This document shows, in pieces, positions 1 through 9,766 of a stretch of 64,000 nucleotides of DNA. The DNA comes from Gammaproteobacteria bacterium (GTDB lineage Bacteria; Pseudomonadota; Gammaproteobacteria; Steroidobacterales; Foliamicaceae): positions 385,807 through 449,806 of the forward strand of contig OZ243929.1 in the NCBI GenBank assembly GCA_965213995.1, written 5' to 3'. The notes under the pieces were generated by a model. That model was not told where the DNA came from. It was given only the letters and a program-made list of their open reading frames with translations, and did no database searches. Each line of letters opens with the position of its first letter. The first letter of the stretch is position 1. The translations under genes and the position numbers were made by a program.

Positions 1-966
1 CAGTTCGTGGTCCGCAATATGCGCGTTTCGGCGCGCAAGGCCCCGGAACGCGAGGATATTCCGCAGTACAGCAAGGCGGCCGTGTTCGAAGCGGTGGTCA
101 ATGCGGTCGCGCACCGCGACTATTCCATCTCTTCGCGGAGAATACGATTGTCCATGTTCAAAGACCGCTTGGAGATCGATTCGCCGGGCCAGCTTCCCAA
201 CGGCATGACCATCGACGGCATGGAGGCCAGCCAAGCCACGCGCAACGAAGTGATCGCATCCGTGTTCGGTCGAATTCCGGTCGCCGGCGTGGCGGGAGCG
301 GGCCACCGCAAATTCCTGATGGAACGCCGGGGGGACGGGGTGGCGATCATTCGCAAGGAAACCAGGGAAGCCACCGGCCTGGCTCCGGAATACGAACTCA
401 TCAACGGGTCCAGCCTCGCGCTGCGCATCCCTGCGGCGAAGCTTGATCTGGTTCCGGCCGCCGCGACCATCACGGTGCATTCCAAAGGGGAGCCTCTCGC
501 CAAAGTCGAAGTGCTCGCGCTTTTCCCTAACAAAACCTGGGTTCGGGGAACCACCGACGAGGCCGGAGACGCGGCTTTGGATCTATACACCGCCAATCTG
601 CCCATGACGGTTTATGCCGCCGCGCCGGGATACGCCGCCGGACTCAAGCGGGATTGGGCGCCCAATCGAGGTGGTTTGCTGATCGAGCTCAAACCCCTGG
701 AGTCGGGCGGCGCAACGATATTCGCCCAGAGCACGGGACATATCCCCGGCCTGCGGGGTCGCCTGGATCCGATCCGCGACACGTCCGATCGAACTTACTT
801 GTACGCGGACAACATCGCCATCAATGAAGGGCGGCAGCAACCGGTGCCGTTTCGCATAGGCAAGCGGATGCGCTTGACAGACGCCTTCGGGGCGGAACTG
901 TCCGTCACGGTCGTTGATATCCTCGGCCGATCGTCCCTGATCGAATACCAACCGTTCAAGCCATGA
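1..966 (+). CDS. HATPase_c_4-type (RecG-like C-terminal) ATP-binding / putative DNA-binding protein, 3' part; the 5' end lies outside the window
   Basis: The frame is open from base 1 (track ORF 7..966). The block FEAVVNAVAHRDYS...DRLEIDSPGQLPNGMT...ATRNEVIASVF matches the family core as I remember it. About 180 aa of unassigned C-terminal sequence follows. The gene is adjacent to the hsdR remnant. Confidence 0.6.
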   Translation, partial: QFVVRNMRVSARKAPEREDIPQYSKAAVFEAVVNAVAHRDYSISSRRIRLSMFKDRLEIDSPGQLPNGMTIDGMEASQATRNEVIASVFGRIPVAGVAGAGHRKFLMERRGDGVAIIRKETREATGLAPEYELINGSSLALRIPAAKLDLVPAAATITVHSKGEPLAKVEVLALFPNKTWVRGTTDEAGDAALDLYTANLPMTVYAAAPGYAAGLKRDWAPNRGGLLIELKPLESGGATIFAQSTGHIPGLRGRLDPIRDTSDRTYLYADNIAINEGRQQPVPFRIGKRMRLTDAFGAELSVTVVDILGRSSLIEYQPFKP

Positions 967-985
967 TGGCCCCTAGGATCGTTGT

Positions 986-2103
986 TTGCCGTTGAGCGTA
1001 TTGGCGGAATCCGTTGTTGAGGAGGCGGCGCTCGGGTGGCTTGCGGCGCTGGGCTACGCGGTGGCGCATGGGCCGGATATTGGGCCGGAAGGCGCGGCGC
1101 CGGAGCGCGGCAGCTACGGCGAGGTGCTGCTGGCGGAGCGGCTTCGCAAGGCGCTCGCGCGGCTCAACCCGCATCTGCCTGCCGAAACGCTGGAGGAGGC
1201 GCTGCGCAAGGTGCGGCAGGCGGAAACGCCTTCGCTGGTCGAGGAAAACCGCCGTCTGCACCGCTATCTGGTCGAGGGCGTGCCTGTTGAGGTTGCCCGC
1301 GAGGATGGGAGCACGGGCGGCGATACCGCTTGGCTGATCGATTTCTCCGATGCCGGCGCCAACGACTGGCTGGCGGTGAACCAGCTCACTGTAATCGAAG
1401 GGCGGAACAACCGGCGGCCCGATGTGGCGCTGTTCGTGAACGGCCTGCCGCTGGCCGTGATCGAATTGAAGAACCCCGGCGACGAGAACGCCACGCTTCA
1501 AGGCGCGTTCAACCAGCTTCAAACCTACAAGGACGAGATTCCGTCGCTGTTCCGCGCCAATGGCAGCGGCATATCGGCGGCAAGTCGCGCCGCGAGTTGC
1601 TGGCCAAGCGGATCAAAGGCCCGGACGATGCGCTCAAGCTTGTGATCGTGCGGGACATGTGGCTGACCGGGTTCGACGCGCCCAGCCTGCACACGATGTA
1701 TATCGACAAGCCCATGCGCGGACACGGGCTGATGCAGGCCATCGCCCGCGTCAACCGCGTATTCCGCGACAAGCCTGCCGGCCTGATCGTGGACTACATC
1801 GGCATCGCCCAGAACCTGAAGTCCGCGCTGGGCCAGTACTCGCGCGCCGACCGCGGGCACGCCGGCATCGACGAGGCGGAAGCTGTTGCCGTGATGCGCG
1901 AGAAATACGAGATCGTGCGCGCCATGTTCCACGGCTTCGATTACCAAAAAGGTCTTGGCGGATCACCGCAGGAGCGGCTGGTTGCGCTGGCCGGCGCTAT
2001 CGAATGGGTATTGGCCATGCAGCAAAGCGGCGCCGGGCGGACGCGCCCTCCGGCTGCGGCTCAGTGCGCCGCCGCGGCGTTGCAGCCCCAAGCGATACGG
2101 TAG
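986..2103 (+). pseudogene. hsdR: Type I restriction enzyme R-subunit (HsdR) remnant: an N-terminal fragment joined out of frame to a C-terminal fragment, with the helicase motor region missing
   Basis: ORF 986..1645 begins like HsdR (SVVEEAALGWLAALGY...[47 protein letters not shown]) and loses resemblance near 1560. A different frame (ORF 1330..2103) resumes HsdR C-terminal sequence from about 1594 ([57 protein letters not shown]). There are no helicase motifs between the two parts and no hsdM/hsdS nearby. Confidence 0.75.
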
Positions 2104-2207
2104 TATTCCCCGCGGACGATGCCTTGCATTGGACCGCTTTGAAAAACAAGGAACCTGCCGAACAAGGAAGCTAGGATAGCGAACGACCTGCCCGCCGCGC
2201 TTTTGCC

Positions 2208-3491
2208 ATGGAACAACTCAAGCTGATTCTGCAATCCGTCTTGGACACCGTGTTGTCGGTGGTCCCGGCCGGCGTCATGCTATGGGTAAGCCTGCTGCAG
2301 CTTGCGCTGGCCGCCGCGCTGTGCCTAGGCGCGTGGCTGATCAGCCGCCGCATGCATCCCGCAATCGCGGCCTGGTGCGAAACCCGGCCGCGCTGGGAAA
2401 ACGCGCGGCGGATCTTGGAGCCGCTGGTCTGGCCGCTCACTTGGCTGGTGTTCCTAAGCCTGCTGCTGGGCCTGTATGTCGCGGCGCAGCAAGACACCTG
2501 GCTGCTGGAAATCCTCGCCAGCTTGCTGGTGGCATGGGTTGTGGTGCGGCTGGTATCCCGGGCCATCCGCAACCCCATGCTTTCGCGCGTCACGGCGATC
2601 GTCGCCTATGGAATGGCCGTGCTCAGCATCTGGGACCTGCTCGGCCCCACGATCGAGATACTCAACGGGCCGCAATTCACGCTCACGCTGGGCGAATTCA
2701 GCCTGAGCGTTTACCAGGTGCTAGCGACCGCCATGCTGCTGGCGGCGCTATTAAGCCTCGCGGCCTTCGCCTCTCGGATCACCGAGCGGCAGCTGCGGGA
2801 TGCCGACTGGGTCACGCCCGCAGGCCGGGTTCTGCTCAACAAAACGCTGCGCATCGCCTTGTTCGTGTTCGCTTTCCTTATCACCATCGGCTCGGTGGGC
2901 ATCGACCTCACGGCGCTGGCGGTGATCGGCGGCGCGGTGGGCTTCGGGATCGGCTTCGGATTGCAGAAAGTATTCTCCAACCTCATCAGCGGGCTGATCC
3001 TGCTGCTGGACAAGTCGATCAAACCCGGCGACGTCATCACCGTGGAGAACACCTACGGCTGGGTCAACAGGCTCGGCGCCCGCTACGTGTCGATCATCAC
3101 CCGCGACGGCATCGAGCACCTGATACCGAACGAGACCATGATCACGGAACCCGTGTCCAACTGGACGCATACGGATGCCAACACGCGCCTGCGGATCCCG
3201 ATCGGCGTGCATTACAGCACCGACTTGGAGCTTGCCATACGCCTAGGCGTGGAAGCGGCCCAAAGCCAGTCGCGGGTGCTTGGCGAGCCCGCGCCCCGCT
3301 GCTTGGTGAAGGCTTTCGGCGAATCCGCCATTGAGCTGGAAATCCGGTTTTGGATCCAGGATGCCGACAGCGGCGTATCGAATATCAAAAGCGATGTCAT
3401 GCTGGAGGCTTGGCGGCTGTACCAGGCGCACGATATCGAGATCCCCTACCCGCAGCGCGATTTGCATATCAAAACCGGCGAGCTTGGGTAG
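2208..3491 (+). CDS. Mechanosensitive ion channel, MscS family (multi-TM N-terminal extension)
   Basis: 427-aa ORF with several hydrophobic helices followed by the MscS core (LQKVFSNLISGLILLLDKSIKPGDVITVENTYGWVNRLGARYVSIITRDGIEHLIPNETMITEPVSNW). Confidence 0.85.
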   Translation: MEQLKLILQSVLDTVLSVVPAGVMLWVSLLQLALAAALCLGAWLISRRMHPAIAAWCETRPRWENARRILEPLVWPLTWLVFLSLLLGLYVAAQQDTWLLEILASLLVAWVVVRLVSRAIRNPMLSRVTAIVAYGMAVLSIWDLLGPTIEILNGPQFTLTLGEFSLSVYQVLATAMLLAALLSLAAFASRITERQLRDADWVTPAGRVLLNKTLRIALFVFAFLITIGSVGIDLTALAVIGGAVGFGIGFGLQKVFSNLISGLILLLDKSIKPGDVITVENTYGWVNRLGARYVSIITRDGIEHLIPNETMITEPVSNWTHTDANTRLRIPIGVHYSTDLELAIRLGVEAAQSQSRVLGEPAPRCLVKAFGESAIELEIRFWIQDADSGVSNIKSDVMLEAWRLYQAHDIEIPYPQRDLHIKTGELG

Positions 3492-3494
3492 CGC

Positions 3495-3535
3495 AAAAAA
3501 AAAGCGGCAGGATCAACCTGCCGCAAGCCCTTTTC
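3495..3535. terminator. Rho-independent terminator hairpin between convergent genes, strongest for the minus-strand comEA-like gene
   Basis: GCGGCAGG (3504-3511), loop atcaa, CCTGCCGC (3517-3524). An A9 run on the plus strand at 3495-3503 gives a U9 tail after the hairpin on the minus-strand transcript. A weaker TTTT at 3531-3534 serves the plus-strand transcript. Confidence 0.65.
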
Positions 3536-3574
3536 AGGGAGGGGGGTGTTCGGTTAAGCCGGGAGGCGGCAAAA

Positions 3575-3862
3575 TCAGGAGCCGGTTTCGGAGGCGCTGC
3601 TTCCCTCGTCCTTGAGAAGTATATTATTCCTGTTATCTTGCAATACTTTAGAACCAATACCTTTAACCTTTAGAAGGTCATCCACCGCTTCAAAAGGTCC
3701 GTTGCTCTCACGGTAATCGACAATGGCCTGGGCCTTGGCGGGCCCTATTCCCTGCAGTTCGCGGGCTATGGTCTCCGCATCGGCTTTGTTGACGTTCACC
3801 GGACCCGCGAAAAGCAGGCAGGGGGCCAAGGCTGCGATCACTGCCGTTATCCATCTGTTCAT
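3575..3862 (-). CDS. comEA: ComEA-like helix-hairpin-helix DNA-binding protein with signal peptide
   Basis: 95 aa. N-terminal signal-like MNRWITAVIAALAPCLLFAG, then VNVNKADAETIARELQGIGPAKAQAIVDYRESNGPFEAVDDLLKVKGIGSKVL, a typical ComEA HhH pair. Confidence 0.8.
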   Translation of the reverse strand: MNRWITAVIAALAPCLLFAGPVNVNKADAETIARELQGIGPAKAQAIVDYRESNGPFEAVDDLLKVKGIGSKVLQDNRNNILLKDEGSSASETGS

Positions 3863-3994
3863 TCCTGGATCTCCTTGTGTCGTTGGGCGCCGCCCCGAAG
3901 CGGAGCGGACACATGCAGGGAGTCTGATCCGATGGAAGCGCCAAACGAAGGCCGAAAAGCGGCGCGTTTGGCGAAGAATAGCGCTGCGCGCCTT

Positions 3995-5113
3995 TCAGGC
4001 CGAAAACGGGGAAATTAAACGGGCTGTTTCCCAAGCTCCGCATTCCATGCACCGCCAAGCATGGGTTTCGTCCTCGTGGCCGCAATCGGCGCAGCGCCAG
4101 CGAGGCATGCCGCCCGCCGTCTTGCGCAATTCATCGCGGAGTTCGTTCAGCGATTGGGGGGCAAAAGCTTCGGGAGGACCTGCCGCATAAGTCCCGGCGT
4201 AGGCCGGGTGCGCTTCGCGCAAGGCATCGAACAGGCATTCCGCCGAACTGCGGCATAACAGGCCGGGCGCCATGAGCAACGATGTCGCCAGACGCGGCCT
4301 CAAGCCGGGATTGCCGTCCAGCAGCATGGAAAGCCCGCGTTCGATGGTCTCGGGCGAACCGCCGTCCTTTTCGCCCGATCGATCCAATATCAGTTCGGCG
4401 AACTCGGGATGGCTGGCGGCCGTCGCCAGACGCCTGCCTAACGGCTCATCGCCCATAAGCGCCCGGTCCACGGCGGGACGCGGACAAGCCTTGCTCTCCC
4501 GTGCCGCCTGCTTCCACAACTTCCGCGCCCGCTTTATATCTCCGGCCTGCGCCTGCTCCCGGGCAAGCTGGCATAAATAGTGGCAGCGCAGACGGCTGCC
4601 GTCCTCCGGGGCTTCGCGGGCCAGCTGCGCCGCCACCCGCATTGCCTGCTCCCAGTCCTGCAGTTGCTCGCACACGCCCAGCCTGCGGCGCAAGGCCTTG
4701 AGCCGGAGAGGGGCATATTCGGCGGTTCTTGCATAGGCCTCCCCGGCCCGGTCCAGCATTCCCGCGGAGCGATAATCGTCGCCGATCTCGAGACCGGCCC
4801 TGGCTCTGGCATCCGCCACAAGGTCGGTCCTGGCCGCAAGGGATTCATGGATCTGCAAAGCGCGCCGCCAATCCCCGGAAGCTCTGAAATAAGCAGCCAG
4901 TTCAAAGGCAGCCTCGGGTTGCTGCTGTTCCTTTTCCGCTTCGCGCAGGTAGGCATCGATCGCTTTCTCGGATCGTCTTGGCCGTCCGTCCAGGAATTCC
5001 CGGAAACGCCAATTGAGCCGGCTGGCAGTCTCTCCTGAACGGCCGAACCAATAGCCCAGAATGGCAACGACGATAATGATGCCGGCCAGCGTGACCGTTA
5101 AGTCGGATGGCAT
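3995..5113 (-). CDS. lapB: Lipopolysaccharide assembly protein B (LapB/YciM): N-terminal TM, TPR repeats, C-terminal rubredoxin-like zinc finger
   Basis: N-terminal TM (LTVTLAGIIIVVAILGYWF), TPR-like repeats, and a C-terminal WRCADCGHEDETHAWRCMECGAWET Cys4 motif. Located downstream of lapA/ihfB/rpsA as in other Gammaproteobacteria. Confidence 0.8.
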   Translation of the reverse strand: MPSDLTVTLAGIIIVVAILGYWFGRSGETASRLNWRFREFLDGRPRRSEKAIDAYLREAEKEQQQPEAAFELAAYFRASGDWRRALQIHESLAARTDLVADARARAGLEIGDDYRSAGMLDRAGEAYARTAEYAPLRLKALRRRLGVCEQLQDWEQAMRVAAQLAREAPEDGSRLRCHYLCQLAREQAQAGDIKRARKLWKQAARESKACPRPAVDRALMGDEPLGRRLATAASHPEFAELILDRSGEKDGGSPETIERGLSMLLDGNPGLRPRLATSLLMAPGLLCRSSAECLFDALREAHPAYAGTYAAGPPEAFAPQSLNELRDELRKTAGGMPRWRCADCGHEDETHAWRCMECGAWETARLISPFSA

Positions 5114-5171
5114 TGCTGGGCTCGTTCGGTGAAGCGGGTTTCGTATAGCGCCAAATGGCAGCCGGAAAGCG

Positions 5172-5462
5172 CTATTCGCTCGTGGCGCTCTCTCCAGCCG
5201 ACATCCCCTTTCCGCGTCCGGCGCGCCCCTTCAGCCACGCGCCGGCGGCGCAAAGCAGGCCGAACAGCCAGCCGAGCCCGAATACAACGGTAAAAGCGAG
5301 GGGTTTCGAGAGGGTGAATTCCGCAAAAGCCAAATCGACACTGATCTGCCCGCGGTTCAAAAGCGCAAGGATGCCGGCAGGCACAACCACCGCCAGCAGC
5401 AACAGCGTGTAAAGAACGCGCCTTCCCCAGCGCGCGATGCCCATCCCCACACGCCTCCGCAA
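5172..5462 (-). CDS. lapA: LapA/YciS-like small inner-membrane protein (DUF1049-like)
   Basis: 96 aa with two hydrophobic helices, positioned between ihfB and lapB. The start codon is uncertain (an alternative Met lies 6 codons in). Confidence 0.55.
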   Translation of the reverse strand: MRRRVGMGIARWGRRVLYTLLLLAVVVPAGILALLNRGQISVDLAFAEFTLSKPLAFTVVFGLGWLFGLLCAAGAWLKGRAGRGKGMSAGESATSE

Positions 5463-5475
5463 CCGGCAGCCGCGC

Positions 5476-5847
5476 TCAGCGCCCCGGGCTCGAAGCTCCA
5501 GCCGAGAGCCTGGCGGCGGCGTTTACGCGCTCGCGCAAACGCTTGCCTGGCCGAAACTTGGGCACGTATTTGCTGGGAAGCGCCACCGCTTGGCCGGTGC
5601 GAGGATTGCGCCCAATGCGCGCCCGTCGGTAACTGAGGTTGAAGCTGCCGAACCCGCGAATCTCAATGCCGCCGCCGCAGGCCAGCGTCTGCGCCATCAG
5701 ATCGATGACGTGCTTGATCGATGCCTCAAGCTCGGCTGAGGAAAAATAGCTGAACCGCTCATCTTCCAGCAGCCTGCGCATAACGATACGAACCAGCTCC
5801 GAGCGGGTGATAGCGCCCTTGGATGCCTTGGACGAGATTGAATTCAT
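5476..5847 (-). CDS. ihfB: Integration host factor subunit beta
   Basis: ITRSELV...IEIRGFGSFNLSYRRARIGRNPRTGQAVALPSKYVPKFRPGKRLRERV is close to E. coli IhfB. Start chosen at the MNSISS... Met (the track ORF extends to 5880). Confidence 0.9.
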   Translation of the reverse strand: MNSISSKASKGAITRSELVRIVMRRLLEDERFSYFSSAELEASIKHVIDLMAQTLACGGGIEIRGFGSFNLSYRRARIGRNPRTGQAVALPSKYVPKFRPGKRLRERVNAAARLSAGASSPGR

Positions 5848-5921
5848 AGCGCCTGTGCCCCCCTTGGGAATCTCAGGCAAGGGACGATACCGACCGCCCC
5901 TCGCTGATCCGGCTTATTCCG

Positions 5922-7616
5922 CTAGTCCTCTGCTTTACCGGTATCCTGGTCCTGCTGGCTTCGCAGCAATTCACCGAGAGTGGCGCCCTTGATTCGTTCG
6001 CCGACTTCCGCCTCGTAGTCCCGCAAGGCCTCGGCTTCGGCCTGCTCTTCCATGGCGCGCACCGATAGCGAAACCAGTCGGGATTTGCGGTCCACGCCAA
6101 CAATTCGAGCTTCGATGGACTGGCCCTGCTTGACCTGCATCCGCGCATCATCCACATGCTCGCGCGATAATTCCGCAGCCCGCATCCTGCCGCTCACTCC
6201 CTCCGCCAGCTCAAGATCCACCCGGCGTTGCTCCACGGAGGTCACAACGGCGGTAACGACGCTGCCCTTGGGATGGTCGCGCAGGAAACTGGCCAGCGGG
6301 TCGCCCTGCAGTTGCCGGATCCCCAAGGATATTCGCTCCCGGTCCGCATCAATGGAAAGCACCACGGCTTCCACCTCCTGGCCTTTGCGATAGTTCCGCA
6401 CCGCCTCCTCGCCGGGAATATCCCAGGACAGGTCCGAAAGATGAACCAGGCCATCAATATTCCCCTCAAGCCCGATGAAGATGCCGAAATCGGTCATGGA
6501 GCGGACCTTGCCCGCCACGCGGTCGTCCTTCTTGTGGTTGCTGGCGAAATCTTGCCAAGGATTTCCCATGCACTGCTTGAGGCCCAGTGAAACACGGCGC
6601 CGTTCCTCATTGATATCCAGCACCATCACTTCAACTTCCTGGCCCACATGGACAATCTTGCCGGGACTGACGTTCTTGCTGGTCCAATCCATTTCGGACA
6701 CATGGACCAGCCCTTCCACGCCTTCCTCGATCTGCACAAAGCAGCCGTAATCGGCCACGTTGGTGACTTTCCCGAACAGCCGCGTGTGCGGCGGGTAGCG
6801 CCGGGCGATATCGACCCACGGATCCTCGCCCAACTGCTTAAGCCCCAAGGAAACACGATTGCGCTCGCTGTCGAACCGGAGAATCTTGACCTGAAGCTCC
6901 TGCCCCACCTCGACCACTTCGGACGGATGCTTGACGCGCCTCCATGCCATATCGGTCACATGCAGCAAGCCGTCGATGCCGCCGAGGTCCACAAACGCGC
7001 CATACTCGGTCAGGTTCTTGACCACTCCGTCCACCACCTGCCCCTCTTCGAGGCTGGCGAGAAGAGCGGCGCGTTCAGCGCTGTGCAGCTCCTCAATCAC
7101 CGCCCGCCGCGATACCACCACGTTATTGCGCCGACGGTCGAGCTTGATGACCTTGAAATCGAGCTTGCGTCCCTCAAGGTAGGTGGTGTCGCGGATCGGA
7201 TGCATATCCACCAGCGAACCCGGCAGGAAGGCGCGCACATTTGAAACATCCACGGTAAAGCCGCCTTTTACGCGGCCGCTGATGGCTCCTTGCACGATCT
7301 CCTGCTGATCGAACGCGGATTCGAGCTTCTCCCATACGCGCGTCCGCTTGGCTCTTTCCCTCGACAGGCGGGTTTCGCCGAATCCGTCCTCCATCGAATC
7401 GAGGGCGACTTCCACCTCGTCGCCGATGTCCACTTCCAGTTCGCCGGTCTCGTCCATGAACTGGCTGGCGGGAATCAGCGCCTCGGACTTGAGTCCGGCG
7501 CTGACCGTAACGATTTCCGGATTGATATCGATCACTTGCGCCGAGAGTATCTCTCCCGGCCGGAAATTTATTTGGGCGAGATTGGCCTCGACCAACTCTG
7601 CGAAGCTTTCTGCCAT
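5922..7616 (-). CDS. rpsA: 30S ribosomal protein S1
   Basis: 564 aa with six S1 repeats. N-terminus [13 protein letters not shown]...; repeated G.V......G.FV.L motifs. Confidence 0.95.
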   Translation of the reverse strand: MAESFAELVEANLAQINFRPGEILSAQVIDINPEIVTVSAGLKSEALIPASQFMDETGELEVDIGDEVEVALDSMEDGFGETRLSRERAKRTRVWEKLESAFDQQEIVQGAISGRVKGGFTVDVSNVRAFLPGSLVDMHPIRDTTYLEGRKLDFKVIKLDRRRNNVVVSRRAVIEELHSAERAALLASLEEGQVVDGVVKNLTEYGAFVDLGGIDGLLHVTDMAWRRVKHPSEVVEVGQELQVKILRFDSERNRVSLGLKQLGEDPWVDIARRYPPHTRLFGKVTNVADYGCFVQIEEGVEGLVHVSEMDWTSKNVSPGKIVHVGQEVEVMVLDINEERRRVSLGLKQCMGNPWQDFASNHKKDDRVAGKVRSMTDFGIFIGLEGNIDGLVHLSDLSWDIPGEEAVRNYRKGQEVEAVVLSIDADRERISLGIRQLQGDPLASFLRDHPKGSVVTAVVTSVEQRRVDLELAEGVSGRMRAAELSREHVDDARMQVKQGQSIEARIVGVDRKSRLVSLSVRAMEEQAEAEALRDYEAEVGERIKGATLGELLRSQQDQDTGKAED

Positions 7617-7711
7617 TCAGGGCCTCTTTATGCTGCGCGCGCGCTCTCCCTTGCGCCCGGGGTTACCTTGCTAACGCGCCCGCCTTCCGGGCAGGCGCCA
7701 CTGCCGATCCG

Positions 7712-8431
7712 CTATCCGGCTGCCATGCCGGGCCAGACTTCCGTGACTAGGCACCAGGCCGCATCTCTTGTTTCCAGTACAGTCAGCGCCGTGGTATCGA
7801 GCACCTCAGCTTGGCGCGCCTTTTTAAGCGGCGCCAGCGACCGGTCCCGATCTCGGCGGTCACGCGCCGCCAGATCGCGAATCAGATCGCCCATATTAGC
7901 ATTGATTCCCTTTTGCTTCAATTGCTTATGGCGGCGCTCGGCGCGTTTTTCGAGACTCGCATGAAGATAAATCCTAAGTGGCGCATCCGGAAACACCACC
8001 GATGCCATGTCGCGCCCTTCCGCCACCAGGCCGGGCATCCGGCGAAACCGGCGTTGCCGGACAAGCAAAAAGCGGCGAACTGCCGAAAGACTGGCGATGC
8101 GAGAAGCGGCCACGCCCACGCTCTCGGTGCGGATTTCGGCACTTAGGTCCGCGCCGTTCAGCAATACCCGATTACCCTCTGCAGCCGCATTGAATTCAAA
8201 GCGGCACTCTCTCAAATAGGCCTCGATGCGCGATTCGTCCGCATCCATCAGCCCCCCGCGCAGCAAGGCAAGGGCGACTGTCCGATAAAGGGCGCCGCTG
8301 TCGAGATAACGCCAACCCAGCCGTCCTGCGAGATAACCCGCGACCACGCCCTTGCCGGCCCCGGCAGGCCCGTCGATGCAGATCACCGGCGCCTTGGCCG
8401 CGGTTGGGCGGGATTCAGCCGGTGGGTTCAA
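7712..8431 (-). CDS. cmk: Cytidylate kinase
   Basis: P-loop APVICIDGPAGAGKGVVAGYLAGRLGWRYLDSGALYR. The track ORF (to 8647) overlaps aroA heavily. I place the start at an in-frame TTG at 8431 (MNPPAESRPTAAKAPVICIDG), but the start is uncertain. Confidence 0.85.
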   Translation of the reverse strand: MNPPAESRPTAAKAPVICIDGPAGAGKGVVAGYLAGRLGWRYLDSGALYRTVALALLRGGLMDADESRIEAYLRECRFEFNAAAEGNRVLLNGADLSAEIRTESVGVAASRIASLSAVRRFLLVRQRRFRRMPGLVAEGRDMASVVFPDAPLRIYLHASLEKRAERRHKQLKQKGINANMGDLIRDLAARDRRDRDRSLAPLKKARQAEVLDTTALTVLETRDAAWCLVTEVWPGMAAG

Positions 8432-9758
8432 AGAGCAATCCCAAGGACCGAGCAATCCTGGCGAAACCCGGGAATGAGGTATCCACCAGCTCAACGCCCT
8501 TGACTGTAACGGGCCCCTTGGCAACGAGCGCAAGAATCGAAAAGGCCATGGCGATGCGGTGATCGCCTTGCGCATCCACCTCTCCGCCGCGCACGGGTCC
8601 GCCATTGATGCTCGCTCCGTCCGGCGTCTCCCGGCACTCGACGCCAAGCGCCCTGAGGCCGGCCACCATCACGGCAATACGGTCGCTTTCCTTGACTCTC
8701 AGCTCGGCGGCGCCCTCAATCACGGTCTGGCCGCTGGCGCATGCCGCCGCCGCAAATACGGCGGGCATCTCGTCAATCGCCGAAGGCGCCAGCGAAGCCG
8801 GAAGGCGGGCGCCTTTCAGGGCAGCCGGCGCCGCCACCAGATCCGCTACCGGCTCGGCGCCCGCATGGCGGCGCGCCAAAATCCGGATCCCGGCGCCCAT
8901 CCGCTCCAGCGCTTGCAGGAATCCCGTGCGCCCGGGATTGATTCCCACGGAATCCGTGCGCACTTCAACCTGCCCGATCACGCCTGCCAAGAGGAGAAAC
9001 GCCGCTGAGGAAAAATCCCCAGGAACATCGATTCTCGCAGCGCGCAGCGGCTGCCGGCCTGTTAGGGAAACCGATCCGTTGGTGCGCTCAAGCGAGACGC
9101 TGAAACTTGGCAGCATCCGCTCCGTATGGTCCCGGGTGGGCGTGGATTCGCTCACGCTGGTCTTCCCCCGCGCGCCCAACCCCGCCAGCAGAATAGCGGA
9201 TTTCACCTGCGCGCTAGGCACGGACGGCGCCAAGGAGATGCCGCGCAGGCCTTCTCCCGGCTCGATCCGCAAAGGCGGCCGGCCACCCTGGCCCAAGACC
9301 TCGATACGCGCTCCCATGCGGCTCAAAGGATCCACCACTCGGCGCATCGGCCGGCGGCTCAGGGAGTCGTCTCCATGCAATTGCGCGGCCACGTTCTGGC
9401 CGGCGATCAGACCTGCCAGAAGACGCATCGCCGTGCCGGAATTGCCGCAGTCCAGCGGCTGGCCGGGGGAGCGCAATGGCTGCGCGCCCCGAACCAGCAA
9501 CCGGTCGCGGGCCAGCCACGTCATACGGCCCCCGAGGCTCTCCAGCGCTCCGACGGTGGCCAGACAGTCGCTGCCCGGCAGAAAATTGACGATCTCGCTT
9601 TCCCCTAGCGCCAGCGTGGCGAGCATGACTGCGCGATGCGAGATCGATTTATCCCCCGGCACAAGCAAGGTTTGCGGCGCTGAGGGAGCGCTGGTGCGGC
9701 TTACACGCCAGGAACCCACCAAACACCTTCTTGCGGTCCAGGCCGGATATTGCGCCAA
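8415..9758 (-). CDS. aroA: 3-phosphoshikimate 1-carboxyvinyltransferase (EPSP synthase)
   Basis: 447 aa with LVPGDKSISHRAVMLATLALGES and LDCGNSGTAMRLLAGL motifs. The N-terminal start may be slightly downstream. Confidence 0.9.
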   Translation of the reverse strand: MAQYPAWTARRCLVGSWRVSRTSAPSAPQTLLVPGDKSISHRAVMLATLALGESEIVNFLPGSDCLATVGALESLGGRMTWLARDRLLVRGAQPLRSPGQPLDCGNSGTAMRLLAGLIAGQNVAAQLHGDDSLSRRPMRRVVDPLSRMGARIEVLGQGGRPPLRIEPGEGLRGISLAPSVPSAQVKSAILLAGLGARGKTSVSESTPTRDHTERMLPSFSVSLERTNGSVSLTGRQPLRAARIDVPGDFSSAAFLLLAGVIGQVEVRTDSVGINPGRTGFLQALERMGAGIRILARRHAGAEPVADLVAAPAALKGARLPASLAPSAIDEMPAVFAAAACASGQTVIEGAAELRVKESDRIAVMVAGLRALGVECRETPDGASINGGPVRGGEVDAQGDHRIAMAFSILALVAKGPVTVKGVELVDTSFPGFARIARSLGLLFEPTG

Positions 9759-9766
9759 GAACCGGC

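Noticed and set aside
7712-8647. The full 311-aa track ORF as cmk
   Set aside because: The first ~70 codons overlap the aroA 3' end and are not Cmk-like. The kinase P-loop starts right after the in-frame TTG at 8431.
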